DNA of 64,000 nucleotides from NCBI GenBank assembly GCA_050575255.1, contig JBNZDD010013598.1, positions 580,870 through 644,869 of the forward strand, given 5' to 3'. Below are positions 12,837-25,764 of the stretch, piece after piece (within the stretch, counting starts at the first letter, position 1; every line of letters starts with the position of its first letter). Under the pieces are notes generated by a model that saw nothing but the letters and a program-made list of their open reading frames with translations, did no database searches and was not told where the DNA came from. The position numbers and the translations under genes are program-made. This DNA is from Harriotta raleighana. Taxonomy: Eukaryota.

Positions 12837-12955
12837 TCAAATATCTTTCAGGTTTTAGCCATTAAGCTCCTCTTAAATCATGTGAATGGATTAAGCATTA
12901 TAATCAACCATTCACTTGGTGACATTGAGAAAGCAGTTGCTCAAAACAACGACAA

Positions 12956-13670
12956 TACAGTACAGTTAACCCTCATCGAACACGACTTTATCGACTGCGA
13001 ATTCAAGTATGCGTGACATAACAAAAGCATCACTTTTTTGTGCAGCGCGTACAAAACTTGTGTATAGACACTGGCTGGCCCCCGCGCGCATGCGCACGTG
13101 TGAGAACGCTGACCGCACCCGACTAAATCCAATGATTCCTCAGCTGGTTGCTCCCGGGCACTTGCGCACTTTTGACGAGGCCGTCAGATCCCAACTAAAA
13201 CTGATGATTCCTCGGCTGGCTGGCCCAGTGCGCAATACATCCTTGGATAAGTACAATAACTCTTCGGCCTCGGAGCATTCTGATGGCATTGCATGGTAAA
13301 CAGAAGACATGGAGAGAGAATGAGTCTGATAACAGTAATGTAGCCTAGCTGTGGTTTAATTGCTTTATTGCTTTCTCTTTATTGCTTTACTGCTTTGTTA
13401 TCGCTTTATAGAAATAAAGCGATAACAAAGCTGGAGCGGCTCTCTGCCCCCCTCCCGCCCCCGAGCAGCTCTCTGCTCCCCATCCCCCCCACCTCCGAAC
13501 GGCTCTCTGCTCCCCACCCACCCCTGAGCAGCTCTCTGCGGCTTGAGGTAGGTAGCCTGCGACTAGATTCCCCTAACCCCCCTTTTCCATTACTTTTCCA
13601 TTAGCTTATCCAACGCGATTTTATCGAGTGCGCAGTTTTCAGGAACACGATCGACGATAACTGTACTGTA
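12956..13670. mobile_element. Non-autonomous Tc1/mariner (Tigger/pogo-like) DNA transposon
   Basis: Perfect terminal inverted repeat TACAGTACAGTTA (12956-12968) / TAACTGTACTGTA (13658-13670), including TA. Subterminal repeats AACRCGAYTTTATCGASTGCG, CpG-rich interior, no transposase ORF. Confidence 0.8.
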
Positions 13671-13777
13671 AATTTAAATATATTTAAAATTTTAATATCT
13701 AAATCGAATTTTAAACTGATACCTAACTAATCACAAAATATTTTGTGCTATTTGAGACAAATAAATGCTCCCAACCA

Positions 13778-13950
13778 ATAATAATAACCCTTGCATTTGA
13801 TGCAGCACTTTTCACTTTTTCCAGACGTCTCAAAGCTCTTCACAGAATATACTGTCAAGTAAACTGATCGCATATTTATGGGCGAAATGCTGTAGCCAAT
13901 TATGCACAGCAGCGTCGCATAAACAGTCATGTTTGACCAATGACCAATTT
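13778..13950 (-). mobile_element. 5'-truncated SINE A
   Basis: Similar to the SINE 3' half. Confidence 0.85.
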
Positions 13951-14655
13951 CTGAACATCAGTAACCATCAGAACATCAGTAACAATCTGATGATCCAGAA
14001 GTCAGCCAGTTTGGCATTTCCAGCAAAGCACTGATGAAGCCAGCACAGGAATAGGACATGTGCACTTTTTAGATCAATAAATCTTAGGGTCCACAATGCA
14101 TGCAATAATCAAACTTGCTTTATAATGGGGTTCCACTGTTTGCATTTGTATTTGTTTCCGTACGCCACACACTATTATTCTATCCCAGGGTGAACAATCA
14201 ATTGTTGGATACATAAGGCCAGTGTATTCTATCTACCACTGGTTACACCATCAGAAACGCCCAGCAAAATATTGTACAAAATTGCCCGAAAAACTTTGCA
14301 GGATAAAAATGTAAAAATTCCTTCTTTATTGATCCATTTCTTAAGCTACTTAAAGCTACATCAAGTTCCCTGGTGTGCTTGAGGGTGATCCAATGTATCA
14401 TGCAAAAGATATAAATGTTTGCTGATTTTACAGGCAATTAGCTACAAATTTCGGATACACATCTCAGCCTACCTACAATGTGGGAACTAGAAACTCTATA
14501 TTTTAAATTAGACCAGCTTCTAATACTCCCTAGTTTCTAATAAGATGGGGTCTGGATGCTATGCAAACTACTTCCTACACATTTAATCCATATGTGGTTT
14601 CATGGCAGCAGGAAAAACAAATATCTACAAGTGTCTGCACAAAACTACTGGTTAC

Positions 14656-14814
14656 CTTATTGAATACCCAGATTTCGCCATTAATAGTCGGTCTTGGAAC
14701 TCCATGTCCGTTGTAATGGAAAAGCACCCGCTCTTCCTTGGCATTGCGTCTGAGGGACGTGCAGAGTTTTTTCACTTCATCCACTGTGGGATCCAAGCTC
14801 TGCTTGTACCTGGC
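14656..14814 (-). CDS. RPTOR: RPTOR coding exon 4 ([53 protein letters not shown])
   Basis: Contains the RNC motif HYNGHGVP. Acceptor ttttcatag|GCC, donor AAG|gtaacc, 159 nt. Confidence 0.97.
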
Positions 14815-17800
14815 CTATGAAAAGAAGAGTCCCATTAAAGCGGAGATTAAACATTGAAAGACTGCAATAGTAAAATCAGTTCCTTGATGTTGTATAACTG
14901 TATCATCTTGGTTTCACCGCCAACACCAGAGAGTAGAGAAGGTTGATCTAACATGTTCCCATCATGTTTTGTTTCCCCCAAACAAAATACATTTTATTGT
15001 ACAATCAAGACCAGGTTGGAACAATGTTAATTCCAACACTCATCACAAATTACTACTACTATACACCTAATACGTGGTCATAAGAATCTTCCTCAATCAT
15101 CATCGATTCTAATCCCAGAGCAAATGCTTATCTGTACCACAAAAAAACCTGTACTGTACAGTATAGACCTTGTATTTGTTCATTAAAATGTATTGTGGCC
15201 CAATGAATGCTTCAATAGCCTTCAGTATATCATTTTAAGTATCTCAGAAGCTCCTAAAATGACAGTAAAATCTACCGAATCTTAGTCTTACCATTGCATA
15301 CTTCTGATATTCATGCTGGTCACAATAATCCTAAATGCAAAAAAGCACGAAAGCATCAAGGTGCAAGTGATAGAGAAACGTAATTGGTCATTGTTGCAAC
15401 AGTAGTCATGTTTTTTTTCCAGCTCATCTTTAAATGAGGTGACAGGTAAAATTGCATGTCAATTAGTCCTGGCAACATAGCCAGCAGAGCATGACGGGTT
15501 TCAAAGGAATGGTGCAGCTCTTTAATGCAAAAAAAATGTCTGGCATTTCCATAAACATGTGGGAGAGTTATTTTGAAAGAAAGGATTAGGAGTTAGCAGT
15601 AAAAGGGCCCAATCCGCAAACAAGAAAATGATTTGAGGATTATCGGGCAACTTGTTTAAAGCCCATGCAGCCCACTCATACAGAATACGAAATATCAAGC
15701 ATTTAGAGTTGAGCAAAAGCTTCTGGTTATATAGCTGGATGTTCACCCCAATACAGTGTGCACTTTGGTACATCATCCCTTCAAAGCATTATCTTTGAAG
15801 CTAACAGTACTGGGATTATCAAAAGAGTATTAAACGTAAACTCTGAAACACACTTAAAATGTGATATGTTTAGGTCACTTGGCTCCCCAAACACACTGTC
15901 CGAGCACATTTGAAAATAAACAAAGGATAAATCATACATTAGCTCTAGTACGAATGTGAAGAGGAATTCGAGTATGCTTACAACACTCGGATTCAATTGG
16001 ATTGCCCTTCACAGAGGATTGAGGAGGGGAGCAATAAAGCATACATGACAATGCTTCAGTTTTTTTAAAGTTAGTAAGTTGCCTGACACACAACACAACC
16101 AGTCACCAAGCTTAACAGTTTCCAAACCTGGCTGAGAGTTCCACATTTGCAATGCCACCTCTGCGTGGATTTATTTTTAAAATAATGGGCTCCAATGACC
16201 TACAAAACCTCATTTTTGATACAAATACCGGACACAATATATCACTGATGAAAACAGCACTGTGCCAGGGGTATATAATCAGAATCAGGCTACGGGGCAA
16301 AGACAAGTCAGTCGGGTTTTTCCAGTTGCTATTTAAATGAGGACACAGTTAAAACAGCATGGCAATTAGTCAAGGCAACTCCAGACTGCACAGCTCTACT
16401 GATCTCAAAGGAATTACACAGCTTCTGGTATAAATATTATGTATGGATATCCTTGAAATTTTGGGAGTTGTTTGGGTCACAGGACTAAAAGTTGGCAGTA
16501 ACATAGACCAATGTCAGTAACATAGATCAATAACGTAGACCAACGCAAGAAGACCTGTAGATAATTCGGTAATTTGTGACACTGCCAAGGTATCAATTTT
16601 TCTAGTTCATATTGTCAAACCAAAGGCAATTCACTGTACTTAATAACTACAATTTATCTGATGAAATATTTAAATCATTTCCATAAGCTTCTTTTCTGCA
16701 AAGCGTTTCTTTGAAACTGAAGAGTTCCAGGTGATCCCATCATACCCCTTAACACTAAAGAGTAACAACACTGACATATGTCATGGCCTAGATCGATAGA
16801 TAAGACCCTCTTAACTTGCAACAAGCCAGCTGGGGCATTCCAAATGCAAGCTGCCCCAAATACTGGATGTACATCTTCAACACGACCACTGAAAATCAAG
16901 TTGAAATCAGTTTGCTGATCAATGTGTTCCTTGTATTTATGACAATTTCTGTCTTTGAAATACTTGCACATCCTATTTTTTACTTCCAAAAACTTTCATA
17001 CCGGAAGATGATCTTTGCCAATAAACCCCTTGATAACATAAGCAATGGAAGTATTTGACAGTACAGAATAATACAAACCTTTGTTCCTGGCTAAATCTAG
17101 ATTTTTTGGACATTTGTAATGTGTGTTTTTGTACAAATATTGAATTGAAGACAACACATTGAACACTGCCGTAATAGATCAAAACCAAACACTGTACGTG
17201 ACTTCAACCACATAGCAGGCAAACGCTAATTACTCTAAACTCATTGGTTTAACATATTAGAAATAAGTTTCTAAATGCATTAGTATATAAATATCAGGAA
17301 GCATCTAGACCAATCTTTTAATTTGATTTGGAGTTTAAAGCACAAATTAACTTTAATGAGAGAATTAATGGAAAGGTAATTTAATCTAAAGGCTAAACCA
17401 GACATATACACTACACTGAATATTCCCAGAAAGTGAACCACAGCCACAGAGACCAGAGATTATCTCATACCGAATGAAAAAAATAATCCGACTGTTGGGT
17501 ATATTTCATTACAGCCAAAAATTGTAAAGCAGCTCATAACAATGCATCAACCGGAAACCTATCTGAATTGTCCACTACACAATGAATTCTTCCGACACAG
17601 TAATTTCCACTTGTGCTAGCATGTCGCTTGACTTTGAGAGCTGGTTTTATGCATTGCAGTCGCTATTTAAACATTTAGTCAGCACAAAACCAATAAATCC
17701 AAGTCAGCGGGTAGTGTTTTAAACTTTACAAGAAATTCCAATAGACATCAAGTGGGGGGAGTGGGGTGGGATTAGATTACTTGTTTGCCAAGTTGTTTTG

Positions 17801-19060
17801 CTAAACTATTCCACATTCCTTTGATCTGTGTCCTTATACATGGCCAACACAACAAAGCTAAGAGTTCCACATGCAAATCCAACAGCAATAATGAAACCGA
17901 GTCTCCCATTAAATCATGTCCGTCCACTTCCCTTACAAGGAAGTGTAACGATTCGAAATTGCTACTAGGGTAAAATAGATGTAACTCAAACTGGAGTTGA
18001 ATTTGCTATACAATTTTCTGGTCCAAATTGTAATATAACCCTCCTCTGAAAAGACCTGGGTAAAGTGTGCAGTTCAATGTTGCTGGACTGGGCATTATAT
18101 ATTTGTCGAATTTGGAGCACAAAAGGGGGCGAGAGTTCAGTTTGCAGGGGACATGAATTGGAATCTTAGCTGGGAGGCTGCTGATGAGAAACAGTATTTC
18201 GGTAAAGGTTGTGGAAAAAGTCTTGGCTGATAGGTAAGGCGGCACTGCAATAAATCCTGCAACACCGGTGAAACGGGAGGAGGGAGGAAAGAGATCGAAA
18301 AAAGAAAGCTTTAAAACGACCTCGACACGTGAGGGTTTCTCATTAAACAATTTTCAATGTTTATCCGATTCACGGTTACAGTGATGTACTTCTGAGCTAC
18401 AATGGGGACCAACGGTTAACCCTCCCACCGCACACACCTCCTCCTGAACGTAATGACTCACAGAAGTAACAGATCCACAAGCAGTCAGGATCTCCCACAA
18501 CAAACTGCAAGGTGTATTTGAACCTGAGTGCTAAAGATTCAATAAAATACTCGCTGCAAGTAAATACTCACTCAGCAGCCTCGTAGAAGACCAATTGTAG
18601 ATATGGCGAACAAGTGAGCATTTTAATATCCGCATTTTACAGCTCTGCTTCCTTCTTTCATTAACCAGTCATCAAGCTAAAGGACATTAGGCGTGAAATC
18701 ACCATTTCACAATACAGTACCATCATTTCACTGCTGTTGGATATCATTCCTGGACTCTCCGCTCAGTGATCCCCATTCGCTCTGAGACGTACGATGAGAC
18801 GTTCATCGTACATGAAAGGCACTAAATAGCTGAAGGTTTCTGCAATGAATACCCTAAAGTTCTTTCTTTAGCCTCCACTGCATGAGGGGACATTATGCAG
18901 CATTCCTGGAGGAAGCTTTAGAGAACAGATAGCAATGCGAAACCATGAGTTTAAACACATCAGCAGCTTTGCTAAAGGCATTACTTTGCACCAATTCCTC
19001 AGACTTTTCAAAGCCACAAGCCATTTAAAAGCTGGTTAAGAGAATAAAATTGAGGAATAT

Positions 19061-19090
19061 GGGGGGGGGGGGGGGGGGGGNNNNNNNNNN
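19061..19090. other. G20 run followed by a 10-N assembly gap
   Basis: Seen directly. Confidence 0.98.
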
Positions 19091-19949
19091 GGGGATAGCT
19101 TAAGACAATTCTGTACCAAGTCGTACAGCATTTTCCAAGCTGTGGCATCAATGAAAAACATTTCTGATACATTCATGCATTCTTTGAAAAAGCCGAAAGA
19201 CTTTTGTCATGCAGTGGACACCAAGGAACTCATTTTGCCCAAAGATCACCAATCCTTAAAGACACAATGCTCGTCAATCACACACAGTTTTTCACCAAAG
19301 CAAAGTGACTGACATGCAGCAGCACTCAGTAACCTACCCTGTGCTAAGATGGTGCCCTTTTCCAAAACAACAAGTTGTAGAAGTCTTCAGACACAGTTCC
19401 TGCGGCTGGTGTCATTGACCTAGGCTTGGTACCTTTATATTTTGACTTTGACATTGGCAGGAACCCAGGACTGAAAAGCAAAGATCAGCAATCACACTTG
19501 CCAGAAACAAAACTGTGAATATTTGTAAAGCTAACGATCTTCTGCCTTCATTAAAGAGTTTGGCTTCCTTAGCATCCATACTGTGCACCATCAGGGAGAA
19601 ACAAAATGTTCCGCCCTAGGTTGAAATATTCATTCCACAACCAACTCTACGATGAACTGGATCTCATACTCAAATCTTTTACAAGTTGTCCCATTAACCT
19701 ATTGTATATAACAAGACCAGTGTTCGTAAATATTTTACATCAGTTCCTGACAAAATTATTAGGTTGTTTATAGTCGCAAAGGGCTGCTGCATTTACATAC
19801 AAAAAGTTACTAAGCTTGGCATTACTTCTGAAGTAACATTTTGATATGAAAAAGCATTATAACAATTTAAGACTTTTCATTCTGCTTCCTTTGGTGTCTG
19901 AGCTGAGTCAAGTGTTGGTAAGGGCATGGGTTAGCTGCAGTGGATACTA

Positions 19950-20130
19950 GACGGACAAGAGAATGAGCCCCAAGTCTTAAGAATCGTTCATTCTTCTTCT
20001 CCAAGCCCTCTCTCAACTTATCAGTGAACCTCTGAAGTTTGAAGGTCCCAAACGTGTACAGTATTCCAAACATGGCCTTGGCAATGATCTCCACAAAGTT
20101 TGAATAATGTTTGAAGATCTTCACGAATCA
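19950..20130 (-). mobile_element. Degenerate CR1 LINE ORF2 fragment
   Basis: Minus strand reads RPCLEYCTRLGP, resembling the CR1 motif RPHLEYCVQFWSP. Confidence 0.5.
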
Positions 20131-20809
20131 GATGTTAATTAACACAGTCTGCTATTTTGTTGCCAGTCAAATTCACGGAATAGAGCAAAACGTAGATGCT
20201 GAAAAGTACCATTTGCGCCAAAGTAAACTGATTGATCACAAAAGTCCCAAACTCAGTCGACGTCTTGAAGTTATGCACATCAAAAGACACTCAGGAAACA
20301 TTTTCACATGCATTTCTGACAGCAGGGTTTCTGGAGTCTCCAAATTCGAGTTTAAATCAAACACCCAAACAATCCTGCAACTCAAGCGTTTCTCATCGTT
20401 CAAATAGTGTCAGAACCACGCGCATGGCATGAGCACTCTCAGGATACAACAGGGAAGTCTTGGTTAGTATGAAACCCAAATGGTCTTGGTGAGAAATGGC
20501 AACACACCTTCAAACTAGTCCAGGCTACATAGACGGATGATGAGAAACAATGAGTAATGGGAATACAGCCCTTCAAATGACAAGGCTGCATAACAAGAGC
20601 ATCACAGCCATGGGAAAATTTGCTTCACTGAGTCTCAAATATTATTCTCAAAAGCATGATTACTCAGTGTATATTTTACACTCTGACATCAGCAGCTCAG
20701 GGAAGTGGGTAGTTATCAAACCTCCTATAATCCATTGAAATTGTTTTACAGAAGTTCCAATAGACAATTCTGCAATAATGAATGGCATTTCGTTTCCAAT
20801 GCCAGACTG

Positions 20810-22047
20810 GCACCTCTCTCTATCCACCGGCACTGTTCCCACCCCTCTAAAAACAACTGTCATCATCCCCGTCCTGAAAAAACCTTTGCTAAACCCTTCC
20901 CTATTCTACAGCTACCACCCCATCTGCAATCTCCCATTACTCTCTAAGGCCCTGGAACGAGTTGTTGCTTCCCAGCTTCAATCCTTTCTCTCTCATCACC
21001 CCCTCTTCGAATCCCTATAATCCGGCTTCCGTGCTGCCCATTGCACAGAGAAAGCCCTGGTCAAATAAGGACATTCTAAACATCTGTGATTAGGGCTCTC
21101 TCTGCCTCCTTGTCCTCCTTGATCTCTCTGCTGTCTTCGACCCTGTCGACCACCCAATCCTCCTACACTGCCTCTTCTCTCAGCTCAATTTCAAGGACCT
21201 GCCCTCGCCTGGTTCGACTCCTACTTTTCTCACAGTCTCCACTTTGTCACCACCAACAGCTTCTCTTCCAGCCCCCGCACTATCACCTGTGGGGTCTCCC
21301 AGTGCTCTGTCCTCGGCCCACTACCTTTTAATATCTACACGATCCCCCTTGGCAACATCATCCGCAGACATGGAATCAACTTCCACATGTATGCAAATGA
21401 CACTCAACTCTATCTTTCTGTCTCTACCTCAACTCCAGGACCATTGCTGTCCTGGCAGACTGATTGTCAGACATCAAGTCCTGGATGATAGCCAACTCCT
21501 GATTGGCTCGTGTCAGCGCGTTCATAGAACAGGCACTGGCAGCATCAACCTCCATGGTGGCACACTCAACCTCATCAAGCCAGTCAGGAACCTAGGTGTC
21601 TTGTTTGATCCTCAATTGTCTTTCCTCCCCCAGATCCAAGCCATGACCTGTTTTGTCTCCCCATTACCCAGAGGATTCAAGATTCTGGTCCACACATTCA
21701 AAGCCCTCCTTGGCTTTACCCCACCCTACCTCTGTGACCTCCTAACCCCTCATGCTCCATGTCACCCGACCCACCCGCCCCTCCATTGGCGGGCGAACCT
21801 TCAGCCACTCTGCCCCTAACTTGTGGAACTCTGTCCCGCAGTTCCTCCATCTCACGCCCTCCCTAGGTCCTTCAAGTCCTGCCTCAAGACCCTCCTCTTC
21901 AATGGTCCCATCGGTCACCCAAAATACCCTCTTTTCCCTCCACCCTCCCTAGCCCCAACCCCAGCTCGGATCTGAAACAATGACTGTCCAGTGCCTTGGG
22001 ATGTCCTGACATGAAAGGCGCTATACAAGTGTAATTTTGTTGTTGTT
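20810..22047 (+). mobile_element. L2 LINE, 5'-truncated, with decayed reverse transcriptase
   Basis: SLSTGTVPTPLKTTVIIPVLKKP...YHPICNLPLLSKALERVVASQL and GINFHMYANDTQLY (YADD mutated to YAND). Stops, frameshifts and internal deletions. Tail GGCGCTATACAAGTGTAATTTTG(TTG)n. Confidence 0.92.
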
Positions 22048-22489
22048 GGCAACTATGTGCAGTATTCCACAGAGCTACTTCACTGGCTGATAGACCTCTA
22101 TGTTCTTTTAATTTGGCTTAACTGTGATTTTATATCTTCGGCTATCCTAACTGCTATTCATACCATCTGTTTTCTGGCCTCTAAAAGCATCTACCACAAA
22201 CAATCAGGAATATCAATAATAGAGCACTCTTGCAGGTCTGAATAGGACATACAACTACACATTTGGCTTTGCTTCTGAGCTAACTTAACATCATCTGTAC
22301 TTAGCTTTTATTTGGGGCTCAGTTGTCTATAACCTCATTCCATACACTGTTCTAATCCAGGAGATTCAGTGTGTCATATCATCTCTAGAAAGAAATCCTT
22401 TGTCATCCTACCCGTCAATTTTCTTTCTATTCTATACACTTTATTAATAAAAAGGTGTATACGTAATAACTATTACAGTCACTGTCAAA

Positions 22490-22692
22490 CCTTGCTGATT
22501 TCCCTGCCTGGGCTGAACGGCGATGATGTCAACTCGGAGGAGATAGAGATACTCGGCCAAGTGGACCTGCTCTTCATTACTGAATTTGCTGAGAAGTGGT
22601 TCGTGGATGGAGTGAAGGTATTGTCAGAACTGTCACGTGGGAAGAAATGGCCACTTGAGGAATGTACCAGAGAGCAACAAACAGCCATGGCT
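22490..22692 (+). mobile_element. Ancient dispersed repeat (family B, probably an old SINE)
   Basis: CACGTGGGAAGAAATGGCCACTTG resembles CACACATGAAAAATGGTCACTTGG in the minus-strand copy at 63340-63660. Confidence 0.5.
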
Positions 22693-22976
22693 TCAGCTCA
22701 GTGACTTCAGGAAAGATGAGATAGGGAGAAAGCTTTTCACAAGATCACAAGAGACGTATGAATGAAGCACCTTTGGAGCTATTTGATACCAATGCAGAAT
22801 TCACAGCCACCACCTTCCAATGACAACATCAAGGGTTTCTTTTGGAACATTTGCTCCATCTTTCCCTGTGTTAACTTTGACTCGTGTATCAGATTTGGGA
22901 GCTACAACAACTCTGTACATAAACAAGTGCATTGACAGCATTACCAGCTTTCGGCATTGCATCGAAAAAAAAAGTG

Positions 22977-23889
22977 CTGTATCATTGCTCTAATTCTAGG
23001 TTAAGTGGTGCTTTATAAATTAGATTCCAGTCACAAAGCACCTCTTCATCATAGGGTAAATTCCAATGTGTTAATTCATTATGAAAATCAAAAATTATTC
23101 CATCAAAATGCCCTTAACTGCTTCTTTCAGGTCAAACCTGAAAGAATCTGCAACCCAACACCCGTCACATGCCACACATTTTATTTTAAGAGCAATTGAT
23201 TCTTTCAAAAATAACTCAATCCTACTGTTACAACAGGATGTCTTTTCCTGATCAAATCAATAAAACGTTGCAACAGAATACACATGGCAAACAAACTGCT
23301 TACAGTTACAACTTATAGGCATAAATTCCCCTCACATTAAAAAAAAAACAGATTACGAACTCATTCTTTTCTTGGTCGCAATACAAAAAAAAGCGAGGAA
23401 CTAAATAAACTGTAGAATTGTCTTTTCAAAAACACTGTTTAAACAGGATTGTACAATTGCTTTGTTAATTCTGGTTTTGTGCCTCACTCCCTCTGTTCTG
23501 GTCAATCATTTGGCCACTCTCGCTACAGCATCTTTGGAACGCTTCCAGAATCCTTTCACCTTGCTCATTCTCTCCCGGCCTTCAAATCCCTCTTAAAAAA
23601 AAAGGACATGGTTGATTGTGCCGTCAGTCCACGCCTACCTTGAAGCCCCTATTACCATGCAGACTCTCACCCACAACGCTCCAAAACTCTGGAATACTCT
23701 TCCTCTATCCCTCCCCTTCTTCATTATGCATCTTCAAGTCATGATTATTATTACAATACGGTATTGATAGTATATCCGCAGCAAGCCAGATTTAGCTTTG
23801 GTTCTTATTCCAAGATATTTTATTTATAGCCACAATTGGAATCTAATTTATAAAGCACCCACTTAACCCAGAATAGAGCAACGATACAG
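22977..23889. repeat. 53-bp inverted repeat (arms 22977-23029 and 23837-23889)
   Basis: Arms differ by 2 substitutions and 2 single-base indels. The right arm sits between 23-bp direct repeats (23822-23844, which it overlaps, and 23893-23915). Confidence 0.9.
23475..23725 (+). mobile_element. Degenerate L2 3' fragments
   Basis: LPESFHLAHSLPAFKSLLK and APKLWNTLP resemble the L2 ORF2 C-terminus. Confidence 0.6.
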
Positions 23890-25764
23890 ACAATTTATAG
23901 CCACAATTGAAATCTGCAGTGGACATACTACGATCATCCGACAATGCATTGCACTTCCTACGAGTAAAAAGAATATGTTTAATTGATTAATATCACTAAT
24001 GCCCTAATTTAAAATCTCGTAGTAATGCCAAAATGTTAAAACTGCTTTCTTTCTGCTGGAATATTGGCCCAGCATAAAGTTAGAACTCTTTGTATAAATT
24101 TAAGAGCGAATGAAAGTAAGATTAGCACAAACAAATGCACCCAAAATGCATTCCATAGGAAAACATTCTATTACCTTCTTTTTTATTTTGTTACATTTTA
24201 TTAGTTTGGTATTCATAAACCCAATACAGTATATCCCACCACTGGAATATTCAAGTGGAGAATGGCGTCTATACCTTGCTGTATTTTTTTTTTAAATGAT
24301 TTATTCAAGAACTTTATTTGTAAATTATAAATAGCAGTTGACAATTCAGCAAAGTCATTTGAAGATTTGTTCTCCCTATCCATAAAGTGAAAGGCTTTTT
24401 TTATAGCAGTGCCACAAAGAGATGGAAGTTTCAGTGCCACAGGGATTCTCCGCAGAGTGTTTTGCAGATGATGGCCTGTCTATCACGGTCATTGGACTTG
24501 ATTTCTCTATTAAAGAGCATGGGATATCAAGCCTGCAAACTAAATGTTGACTTGGGCATCTCCTCATTATTACAGTAATAATTGCTAGGCAAATTCCTAT
24601 GAAAGCTGAAGCAGATGGTTAATGCCGGAGGCAGCGCCCACTAGGGCTGAATACTCAAGCTTCAGGCAACAACTGCATTAAAGGCATCAAATGCCTTTGG
24701 ACTGTAGAGTCTCGAGAAGTTTGAGAATGAATAGCAAGGATGAGCATGGCAACGCTTTGTGGTTTCCTATAATTCAGAGGTGCATTTTGCAGTGGAAGAG
24801 GCAGAGTCCTCGAGGGAAGCACGTTTCAACAAATGCTGCTCATTTAGTACACTGTAAAGTGAATTGACTGCATATTTTGTGGGCGAAATAGTCCAGGTAT
24901 ATATCAATACGCCAGGTGTACTGCAGAAATAGTTACATGGGCGCCGATAGACAATCATCTTATCGGAGATGCGTCCTTTCTATTTTTGCAGCTAAAACAA
25001 TCATGCTCATTCCTACTCATCGGTCATAAAAAAATATTAACTGCCGACCATAAAAGGCTGCACGGCTCGTTTTAACACGCTGGAATATTGTTCACCACAG
25101 GATTGAGAATGTTGCACATTCCTTCAGAATGATATTAACTGAATAAACATTTTGCCTCGGATTTCCTTTACGAAAGGGAAAAATTGCTCCAGTCAGAACA
25201 ATTAATACAAAGCAACAATTCATATTGACTGTGGCTGTCCATTTGGTGAAGCCATTAATGAATGAGTGACAAACTCGGCCAACAGCCAGAAAGGCAAAAT
25301 AGAGAACACATTCAGATTATATTAAGGCTCAGCACTATTAAAGCTTTAATAGTATATTGACCGAATGCTCAGTCTCCAATAAGAACTACTGAAGTGCTAA
25401 ACTCTTATAAATTCCACTGATCAAACTATCACGCAAAGTTTGGGCTAAAAATTTCTTACACTCTCTCCAGAAAGTCCCGTGAGCCTTAACACAAACCCAT
25501 TTTTATGACACATTCAGAAGAAACTTTCAGGACAAGCGGAGCAAGCTCATTAGACATTTCAATTTGCCCTAAACATCAACAAAGGTCAACAATTTATTGA
25601 CCAACGTATACAGCAGATTTCAGTGAAACATTAAATCTGGTCAATCCATTGAGAGCTACGGTAGTGCTGTGGGCAGAAAAAACTACAGCAGTCAAAACAA
25701 AAAGATGATATTTACTGTTCAAGACACAAACAAAATTGCATCTACAGACAAAGCACTTAGTACA

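Noticed and set aside
16495-16555. Short iterated repeats (CAGTAACATAGAYCAAT; also 1617-1650, 13953-13988, 33527-33567)
   Set aside because: Two or three local slippage duplications with no spacers; not a CRISPR-like or functional array.
18006-18350. 114-aa ORF in a mildly GC-rich patch
   Set aside because: No recognisable domain or splice context; possibly an old repeat, but I cannot support a call.
21244-21819. 191-aa ORF
   Set aside because: Mostly an off-frame reading of a decayed L2 reverse transcriptase; not a gene.
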